Shown piece after piece: positions 25,775 to 32,000 of a DNA stretch of 32,000 nucleotides (positions are counted from its first letter, which is position 1; the number at the start of each line of letters is the position of its first letter). A program made the position numbers and the translations under genes. Below the pieces are notes generated by a model. That model ran no database searches and had not been told where the DNA came from. It saw only the letters and a list, made by a program, of their open reading frames with translations. The stretch is from Erysipelotrichaceae bacterium (GTDB lineage Bacteria; Bacillota_I; Bacilli_A; Erysipelotrichales; Erysipelotrichaceae), in contig OY760660.1 of the NCBI GenBank assembly GCA_963663995.1, positions 1,770,001-1,802,000 on the forward strand. The letters run 5' to 3'.

Positions 25775-26169
25775 TTTGTTAAAAAAAATTGGAATTGACA
25801 AATTAAAGTAGTTATTTCTGCATGGTCACTATGAAAACGGAGGTTAGAAGAAGATTGATGTTTTTTTGTCGATTGAATTATTAAAATAATGTTTTTGGTA
25901 GAACTAAATGTGCAAGCACTATTAGAAGATGTAGGCAAAAATTCACAGAAAACTGAAATAGAAATACAACAAATCGATAACTCTTTAAAAAACCATATAG
26001 AGTTTTTTTTGGTTATAACCATTAATTTTCAATAATAAAAGCATGATATTAATCATTAAACATATAATACATAGCAGTAACAATATGTTTTAACTACCTG
26101 TTTTAACTAGGTTAGTATTTAAACTTAACGCAATAAAAATAGAAGAATAGTTAATTTCGTTAAAAAATG

Positions 26170-26200
26170 AGTGATATTCAGTCTTGGATATCACTTTTTG
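26170..26200. terminator. orphan bidirectional terminator hairpin
   Basis: agtgatat-tcagtcttgg-atatcact forms an 8-bp stem, preceded by aaaaaa and followed by ttttg. On the minus strand it lies downstream of the IS30 transposase gene. Confidence 0.5.
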
Positions 26201-26297
26201 TTTGAAAAGATTATAATAAAGGTACTTATTAAGGTCTTTTGACCGCACTAAAAGGAACTTGAAATTGTGGTTATTTCAAGTTAAACGCAATGTGGGC

Positions 26298-27534
26298 CGT
26301 TAAGATCTTAAAGGCAGCTGAAGATTATTTCTTTAGTTTAATCTTTGAAGGTTGTACTTCAAAGACTTGAATGAATTCACTAGGTTGAAAGTGAAATCGT
26401 TCAGTGAATGCCTGAAAAGGCGTTTTCCCAGCCAAGCTTTTACGCTTCTGGGAGTTGATGTGGGAGAATAGCTGATTGATCTCGTCTTGTGAAACAAAAT
26501 CAAAGCTTTCTCCTTTTTTAATGACATAACGAATAAGTGAATGATTACGTTCACACCCACCTTTCTGAAATGAAGAATAGGGATCACAGTAGAAGATGCG
26601 TGTCAGTATTTCTCCTTCATCAGTCATCTCTAATTGAGGTAGTGATTGAAACTCTCCACCATTATCTGAGAGTATACAATCGAAGAATAAATGGTTTGAT
26701 GTGTAAAGCGTTTGAATCAAATCAGCCAAGGCATTATTGACTGAGGTCGCTGATTTATAGACAATGTATCCCCATTGAAATCTCGAGAGTGGCTCGAAAC
26801 AAGTCAGTAAACACTTCTTATCCGTTTTCTTACCAATGACGGTATCGACTTGTAGAGTGACTCTTGAGCTTGAATGATTATAATCCCTAAAGTCCTGATA
26901 GGTACGATTCACTAGAAACTCAACATTAATGCGGTGTCTAGAGACTCTAGTCGATGTTTTAGAGTTAGGAAAGCGTACTGTTCGTGGTAAATCAATGTTT
27001 CGACACTGAAGATATTGTTTATCAATATAGCGTCTAAGTGTTGATTCAGAAACACTAATTCTTTCATCACTTTGAAGGATATGAAAGAGTGATTGATGAT
27101 TCATGACTCTATCACTCACTAAGTCATCCAGTTCTTTGAGTTTCTTCGTTGTGATTTGTGGATGACTTCTTGAATCCTTCATTAAATAGAACGCTTTCTT
27201 ATCCGCTTCATAAGCATCGTATTCAAAGATATCTTTACTGCAGCGTGATTTATGTGTGCATACATTACAGACATAAGGAAATCTTTGAAGTTTAGGACAA
27301 GGTTCTGGTTGTCCCTTCATAAATCTTCGCTGTTTAGAACCTCGATTAATCACGTTTCTTTTTAACTCTCTATACACAGTTGATTCACTACAATTCAAAT
27401 CTAAAGCTAATGATTTAAGACTGGTATCACGATTATGTTCAATCTGATAATGAATGATAACTCGATCTCGTGTGGTTAAATGTTTTCCCATAAGAAAACA
27501 ACTCCTTTCTCTTCAAAACCTCAAGATCTTAACG
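26298..27534 (-). mobile_element. IS30-family insertion sequence (about 1.24 kb by the inner inverted repeats)
   Basis: Left end cgttaagatcttaaaggcagctgaag versus the complement of the right end cgttaagatcttgaggttttgaag. The first 12 nt are identical and about 20 of 26-28 match overall. They enclose a 388-aa DDE transposase gene. No 2-3 bp target duplication is seen at these ends. A wider 14-bp direct repeat exists (see findings). Confidence 0.65.
26325..27491 (-). CDS. IS30-family DDE transposase
   Basis: N-terminal HTH (TRDRVIIHY...STVYRELKRN). Catalytic D (LQVDTVIGK), D (ILSDNGGEF) and E (GGCERNHSLIRY) with IS30-like spacing. Confidence 0.9.
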   Translation of the reverse strand: MGKHLTTRDRVIIHYQIEHNRDTSLKSLALDLNCSESTVYRELKRNVINRGSKQRRFMKGQPEPCPKLQRFPYVCNVCTHKSRCSKDIFEYDAYEADKKAFYLMKDSRSHPQITTKKLKELDDLVSDRVMNHQSLFHILQSDERISVSESTLRRYIDKQYLQCRNIDLPRTVRFPNSKTSTRVSRHRINVEFLVNRTYQDFRDYNHSSSRVTLQVDTVIGKKTDKKCLLTCFEPLSRFQWGYIVYKSATSVNNALADLIQTLYTSNHLFFDCILSDNGGEFQSLPQLEMTDEGEILTRIFYCDPYSSFQKGGCERNHSLIRYVIKKGESFDFVSQDEINQLFSHINSQKRKSLAGKTPFQAFTERFHFQPSEFIQVFEVQPSKIKLKK

Positions 27535-27617
27535 TATTTTTATTATAATTTTCTTTTTCTAGGTAAACGCAATAAGTTATTGCGTTTAAAATGACGTGTT
27601 ACAACCTGTTTTAACTA

Positions 27618-27646
27618 TTGACGCTAATTGAATCAAAATGTATTAT
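27618..27646 (+). promoter_or_regulatory. candidate promoter of the T-box-controlled operon
   Basis: TTGACG (27618-27623), 17 nt, TATTAT (27641-27646) with TG directly upstream. Lies about 15 nt before the start of the T-box leader. Confidence 0.55.
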
Positions 27647-27662
27647 AGATTTAATAAATAAA

Positions 27663-27907
27663 TGCGTTGAAAAGAAATAGTAGTAATATTGAATCCATAA
27701 GAGAGAGATCCAAAAGCTGAAAGTGATCTTTGGAGAATGTAGTATGAATGCGTCTTAGAGCAGCAGTTTCGAAAATGTAGAGACTGACAGGTACGCCTGT
27801 TAAAGCGTTAGGATATGTTTGTATCCGATAGAGATGAACTAATAATATTAGTTTAACAAGAGTGGAACCGCGAAAGACTATCGCCTCTTAGAGGAGAGTC
27901 TTTTTTT
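27663..27907 (+). ncRNA. T-box leader (tRNA-sensing riboswitch), probably Cys-specific, with intrinsic terminator
   Basis: T-box sequence AACAAGAGTGGAACCGCG (27855-27872; consensus AAnnnGGGTGGTACCGCG). Stem III aactaat-aat-attagtt just upstream. AGAGA box at 27700-27704. K-turn-like GCGTTGAAAAG ... TCTTAGAGCA. GAA-UGC-G (27746-27752) sits in the specifier position. Terminator agactatcgcct...aggagagtct plus t7 (27875-27907). Confidence 0.8.
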
Positions 27908-27924
27908 GTTAATGCGGAGGAACC

Positions 27925-28557
27925 ATGAATTCACAAAATTATTTTGATCGTATTGCCCCACAATGGAATACGATGAGACAACAATATTTTAATCAAGATA
28001 TAAGACCAATTATATTTTCAAGAATCGATTTTAGAAATACTTCCATTGCGGACTTAGGGGCTGGTACGGGATATTTAGCGTTAGAGTTGGCTAAGCATGC
28101 GAAAATAGTGTTCGCAATTGATCAGTCTCAAAACATGTTAGATCAAATCAAGGAAAAAGCTCATAATCAGAAGATTGATAATATTTATACATTGGCATCA
28201 GATATTCAATCAATTCCATTCCAATCAAATCAAATTGATATCGTGACAATGAATATGGCACTACATCACATGTTAGAACCAAATTTAATTATCAAAGAAA
28301 TGTATCGATTATTAAATGATGAAGGCATAGTTATAATCAGTGACGTAATGAGCCATAACGGTAAATGGGCAATTGAAGAAATGCATGATGTTTGGCTTGG
28401 GTTTAATAGAGATCAAGTAGAATACTGGCTGAGTGAAAATGGATTTATCGATATCGAATTTATCGAAACTAATTTTCAAGCAATCGCATCTAGTCAAAAT
28501 GGTGAAATTATTAATCCAAATATATTCATTGTGATCGCAAAGAAGGTTAAAAAATGA
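27925..28557 (+). CDS. class I SAM-dependent methyltransferase (UbiG/YrrT-like first gene of the sulfur operon)
   Basis: Motif I IADLGAGTGYLALELA and post-I/II motifs (VFAIDQS, DIVTMNMALHH). SD ggagg. Confidence 0.8.
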   Translation: MNSQNYFDRIAPQWNTMRQQYFNQDIRPIIFSRIDFRNTSIADLGAGTGYLALELAKHAKIVFAIDQSQNMLDQIKEKAHNQKIDNIYTLASDIQSIPFQSNQIDIVTMNMALHHMLEPNLIIKEMYRLLNDEGIVIISDVMSHNGKWAIEEMHDVWLGFNRDQVEYWLSENGFIDIEFIETNFQAIASSQNGEIINPNIFIVIAKKVKK

Positions 28558-29699
28558 AGATTGAAACATTATTAATACACGGTGGTTCAACAGAGGACAC
28601 ACTAACGGGATCTGTGAATGTGCCTATCTATCAAACATCCACATTCAAACAAGAAGGATTAGGACAGAATAGAGGATTTGAATATGCACGTACAAAAAAC
28701 CCAACACGTAGCGCGTTAGAAAGATTAATCGCACAACTTGAAGAAGGGGATGAAGGATTTGCGTTTAGTTCAGGAATGGCCGCAATAACAACTGTTTTAT
28801 CGCTTTTGAGTCACGGTGATAAAATTCTAATTTCTGATAATTTATACGGAGGTTCATATCGAGTTCTAGATAAAGTGTTTAAACGATTTGGAATTATGTA
28901 TTCAATGGTAGACACAACAAATCTAGAATTGTTTAAGAAAGAAATGAACAATACATATCAAGCAGTTCTAATTGAAACGCCTACTAATCCTCTTTTAGGT
29001 ATTAGTGATATAGAAGAAATAAGTAAAATTGTTCATGAGCATAACGCAATTGTAATTGTAGATAATACATTTATGTCGCCTTATATACAAAAACCAATAC
29101 AACTTGGCGCAGATATCGTAATTCACAGTGGTACAAAGTATCTTGGCGGACATAGTGATTTAATTGCCGGATTAGTTATCACCAAATCACCTGAATTGAG
29201 TCAGAGAATCGGTTTTCTTCAAAATGCAATGGGAGCGATACTTGGACCTCAAGATTCATTTTTGTTGATTCGAGGAATAAAGACGCTCGCATTACGTATG
29301 GATCGTCATATTGAAAACGCGCAAGAAGTACTAAAATTTTTAGTTAATCATAAATATGTTATAAAAGTGTTTCATCCTAATTTGACAAGTCATCAAAATC
29401 ACGAAATTTCACGCAAACAAGCAAAGAGTGGAGGTGCGATGGTGTCATTCGAATTGAACCAATTATTAGATGTGAATATTTTCTTATCATCACTTCGTGT
29501 GATTACACTCGCAGAAAGTTTAGGAGGAGTGGAATCCTTAATATCTCATCCAGCCACTATGACACATGCAAGTTATCCCAAAGAACATCGCGAATTGATC
29601 GGGATACGTGATAATCTAGTGCGCCTATCCATTGGGATTGAACATTATCAAGATTTAATTGACGACTTAAACGACGCATTTGAAAAGGCGATACGATAA
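28554..29699 (+). CDS. mccB: Cys/Met-metabolism PLP enzyme (cystathionine gamma-lyase/beta-lyase family; MccB-like by context)
   Basis: PLP-Lys motif HSGTKYLGGHSDLIAG, DNTFMSPY, ESLGGVESLISHPATMTH. ATGA overlap with the methyltransferase gene. Symbol assigned by gene order only. Confidence 0.75.
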   Translation: MKIETLLIHGGSTEDTLTGSVNVPIYQTSTFKQEGLGQNRGFEYARTKNPTRSALERLIAQLEEGDEGFAFSSGMAAITTVLSLLSHGDKILISDNLYGGSYRVLDKVFKRFGIMYSMVDTTNLELFKKEMNNTYQAVLIETPTNPLLGISDIEEISKIVHEHNAIVIVDNTFMSPYIQKPIQLGADIVIHSGTKYLGGHSDLIAGLVITKSPELSQRIGFLQNAMGAILGPQDSFLLIRGIKTLALRMDRHIENAQEVLKFLVNHKYVIKVFHPNLTSHQNHEISRKQAKSGGAMVSFELNQLLDVNIFLSSLRVITLAESLGGVESLISHPATMTHASYPKEHRELIGIRDNLVRLSIGIEHYQDLIDDLNDAFEKAIR

Positions 29700-30616
29700 T
29701 GGCTATTTATCATGATTCTAAAGATCTTGTGAAGGATACACCACTCTTATTGCTTAATGGATTTCATAATAATGAAAATGTGAAAATATATGCTAAGTTA
29801 GAGTGTCAAAATCCGGCTGGCGGAATAAAGGATAGAATTGGTATTCATATCGTAGATCATTTATTTAAAGACGGTAAATTAAAAAAAGGTATGACAGTTA
29901 TTGAAGCAACGGCGGGGAATACAGGACTTGGGTTAGCTTTTGCGCTAGTTAATTCGGGTGTAAATTTAATATTTGTTATTCCTTATAAATTTTCTATTGA
30001 AAAACAGCAGTTACTAAGCGCACTTGGTGCAACTATTGTGAATACAGAAGCACTTAAAGGAATGGAAGGTGCGATAGAAGAAGCTAATCGTCTTAGAGAA
30101 TTAATTCCAAATAGTTTAAGTATTAATCAATTCAGTAATCCCGAAAACCCTAAAGCACACTATCTAACAACAAGTCCAGAGATATTTAAAGATTTAGATG
30201 GAAATATTAACTATTTTGTGTCAGGGGCTGGATCAGGCGGAACATTTAGTGGAATAATGCGATATTTTAAAGAACGAAATTCTAGAATAAAAGGAATTCT
30301 CGCGGACCCATTAGGTTCAATCATCGGCGGTGGCGAACATTCTGATTATCGAATCGAGGGAATTGGAAATGGGTTCATACCAGATACAATGAATGTAGAT
30401 TATATAGATGAAGTTATAAAAGTTACAGATGATCAAGCATATAGTATGGTTAAAGACATCGCATTAAAAACTGGTTTATTTGTTGGGAGCTCATCAGGCG
30501 CAAATCTTGTGGCAGCGATTCAGTTAGCAAATAATATAGAATCAGGAAATATCGTAACCGTTTTCTTTGATCGAGGTGAACGCTACTTATCTCAAAATAT
30601 TTATACTAAGGAGTAA
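29699..30616 (+). CDS. mccA: cysteine synthase / cystathionine beta-synthase family PLP enzyme (MccA-like by context)
   Basis: LECQNPAGGIKDR (PLP Lys), EATAGNTGLGLA, GAGSGGTFSG, GSSSGAN. 1-nt overlap with the upstream stop. Symbol assigned by gene order only. Confidence 0.75.
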   Translation: MAIYHDSKDLVKDTPLLLLNGFHNNENVKIYAKLECQNPAGGIKDRIGIHIVDHLFKDGKLKKGMTVIEATAGNTGLGLAFALVNSGVNLIFVIPYKFSIEKQQLLSALGATIVNTEALKGMEGAIEEANRLRELIPNSLSINQFSNPENPKAHYLTTSPEIFKDLDGNINYFVSGAGSGGTFSGIMRYFKERNSRIKGILADPLGSIIGGGEHSDYRIEGIGNGFIPDTMNVDYIDEVIKVTDDQAYSMVKDIALKTGLFVGSSSGANLVAAIQLANNIESGNIVTVFFDRGERYLSQNIYTKE

Positions 30617-30623
30617 AGGAAAT

Positions 30624-31103
30624 ATGGAAAAAATAGATAGTTTTAAAGTTAATCATCTTAATTTATTGCCAGGAATTTATATATCAAGAACTGATAGAGT
30701 TGCGGATCAGGTTTTAATAACCTATGACATACGTGTGACGCAACCTAATGATCAACCCGTTTTAAATACAGCAGAAATTCATACAATTGAACATCTGGCC
30801 GCAACTTTTTTAAGAAATCATTTATCATTCAAAGAAAGAGTTATCTATTTTGGACCAATGGGTTGTCGAACAGGGTTTTATCTTATTTTGAAGGGTGAAG
30901 ATAACTATCTTGTTATAAAAAATCTTATTATTGAAATGTTTGAGTTTATATCAAATTTCGAAGATGAAATACCTGGCGCAACAGCTCATAATTGCGGAAA
31001 TTATCTTGATCATAACTTGCCTTTGGCAAAATATGTGTCTAAAGAATACAGAAATTATTTAAATGCACAATTAAAAGATACATTTGAATATCATTATAAT
31101 TAA
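30624..31103 (+). CDS. luxS: S-ribosylhomocysteine lyase
   Basis: HTIEHL metal motif and GPMGCRTGFY. Start at ATG 30624 after SD aaagga; the ORF-track start 30567 overlaps mccA and is rejected. Confidence 0.9.
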   Translation: MEKIDSFKVNHLNLLPGIYISRTDRVADQVLITYDIRVTQPNDQPVLNTAEIHTIEHLAATFLRNHLSFKERVIYFGPMGCRTGFYLILKGEDNYLVIKNLIIEMFEFISNFEDEIPGATAHNCGNYLDHNLPLAKYVSKEYRNYLNAQLKDTFEYHYN

Positions 31104-31144
31104 GAAAATAAAATTCAGCTTTAAATTCTAAATATGGAGGTTTT

Positions 31145-31342
31145 ATGGAAGATAATAAACACTCTATGCATAACCACATGGAAGATCATGATCATGCAAA
31201 AATGAATCACTCGATGCATGATCATGCGGAGGGTGTTTTATACAATCAAGGTATATTAATTTCGCCAGCTTTAGGAGCAGTATTCATGTCTTTATGCACA
31301 ATTATCGTTGCGATAAACGCAAGAATGTTAAAAATAGACTAA
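31145..31342 (+). pseudogene. in-frame remnant of a second copB-type ATPase (His-rich N-terminus fused to the last TM helix)
   Basis: MEDNKHSMHNHMEDHDHAKMNHSMHDHAEG is joined to VLYNQGILISPALGAVFMSLCTIIVAINARMLKID. The latter aligns with the last 35 residues of the full-length CopB (VLINQGIVISPAMGAVFMSLSTIIVSINARLLKID). About 650 codons of ATPase core are missing. It has its own SD ggagg. Confidence 0.7.
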
Positions 31343-31541
31343 TATATAATTCTAATACACGCAAAAATAAGCTAGTTAGAGTATTTTTTTATGAAATATT
31401 AATTATTCATCAAAATGATGAGCAAAAGACATACTTTTGTAACATTTAGATGTCATGATACCAATGTCAGAACAAATGACAGAAAGTATAAATATAATAA
31501 GAAATAAATTTAATTGTTATTTCTTAATAAGAGGAATCGTT

Positions 31542-31811
31542 ATGATGGGAGGATTTGGTGGGTTTAATGGTTATCAAACATTAGGTGGTTATGGAATGAT
31601 GGGTAGCTTTGGTTGGTTTGGAATTTGTGTAATGATATTAATTGGTATATTAGTAATTATTGGAATCGTATTTCTTATCAGAAGTTTAGTTAATCATTCG
31701 AATAGAGTAAATTTTTCAAGTTCAGATAGAAGTATTGAAATACTTAAAGAAAGACTTGCTAAAGGCGAAATTACTAAAGAAGAATACGAAACAATAAAGA
31801 AAAGTTTATAA
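31542..31811 (+). CDS. SHOCT-domain membrane protein
   Basis: Gly/Met-rich N-terminus (MMGGFGGFNGY..), one TM helix, and C-terminal LKERLAKGEITKEEYETIKKSL, a typical SHOCT motif. Start at ATG 31542 after SD agagga; the ORF-track start 31455 is rejected. Confidence 0.75.
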   Translation: MMGGFGGFNGYQTLGGYGMMGSFGWFGICVMILIGILVIIGIVFLIRSLVNHSNRVNFSSSDRSIEILKERLAKGEITKEEYETIKKSL

Positions 31812-31826
31812 ACATAAAGGCGAACA

Positions 31827-32000
31827 ATGAAAAAAATATTAACATCAGTATTCGTATTTCTATTTATTATGACAACAGTTATTGGAGTTAATGCTCAAGA
31901 AGTTGAGATGCGCTCTATTGATAGCATCGTAAGTGAAATTAGAACGAATCTTCAGTTAGATTCAAATGCATCGGTTGATCCAAGTCTAGTAAAAGTTGAA
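31827..32000 (+). CDS. secreted protein, N-terminal part only (runs off the window)
   Basis: ATG 31827 after aaagg. Signal peptide MKKILTSVFVFLFIMTTVIGVNA/QE. The ORF is still open at 32000. Confidence 0.5.
   Translation, partial: MKKILTSVFVFLFIMTTVIGVNAQEVEMRSIDSIVSEIRTNLQLDSNASVDPSLVKVE

Noticed and set aside
25771-26022. 83-aa minus-strand ORF, and short plus-strand ORFs (about 20 and 48 codons), in the copB to IS30 spacer
   Set aside because: They show no SD, no motif and Cys/Ser/Ile-rich junk-like composition. The spacer is more likely non-coding or decayed. I left it unannotated.
27663-27907. First impression of a SAM (S-box) riboswitch, because methionine/cysteine genes follow
   Set aside because: The S-box core strings are absent. 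The sequence instead has the T-box 14-mer (AGAGTGGAACCGCG), stem III and an AGAGA box. A Met (AUG) specifier at 27744-27746 was also considered. I rejected it in favour of UGC because of the GAA-NNN-purine context next to the K-turn strand and the UGGA (U73) bulge.
31104-31541. Search for an antisense S-box or promoter downstream of luxS, as in the C. acetobutylicum ubiG operon
   Set aside because: Reading the reverse complement showed no S-box-like conserved segments, only short A/T hairpins (for example tcatca-aaa-tgatga at about 31419-31433). Nothing is reportable without a covariance-model scan.

Overview
AT-rich, low-GC Gram-positive (Bacillota-type) chromosomal DNA that splits into two parts. 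Part 1 (1 to ~15.8 kb) is core housekeeping. It starts with small hypothetical, DsrE-like and lipoprotein genes, a sugar-phosphate nucleotidyltransferase and a divergent TraB-family gene. A tightly packed co-directional array follows: cdaA-cdaR-glmM, an OmpR-type response regulator, a histidine kinase, an alpha/beta hydrolase, a murF-like gene, a NUDIX gene and ddl. Then come deoD, a small HMA-like ORF and a tRNA-Ser(GCU)/Asp(GUC)/Gly(GCC) cluster. Part 2 (~15.8 to 32 kb) is an accessory mosaic anchored on the 3' end of tRNA-Gly. About 180 bp, beginning with the last 13 nt of the tRNA, is repeated 6,974 bp downstream. The two copies bracket an M23/LysM peptidase gene, the left end of an IS256-like element, cadC-cadA, and a divergent pair of CxxC thioredoxin-fold genes. 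One member of that pair is fused to a DsbD/CcdA-like 6-TM core. Beyond the second repeat lie a CopB-type (CPH) P-type ATPase with an 11-12x MDHSx tandem repeat, an IS30-family element, and a T-box leader that looks Cys-specific. The leader drives a methyltransferase-mccB-mccA-luxS type operon. After it come a 65-codon in-frame remnant of a second copB, a SHOCT membrane protein and a partial secreted protein. No CRISPR array, rRNA or recombinase/integrase gene was found. The observations I rate highest are the tRNA-Gly repeat-bounded island, a 17-bp operator-like motif shared by the cadC and thioredoxin-pair promoters, the ~290-aa low-complexity tail on CdaA, and the membrane-anchored MurF-like ligase. 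All protein calls rest on motifs read by eye; no database search was possible.
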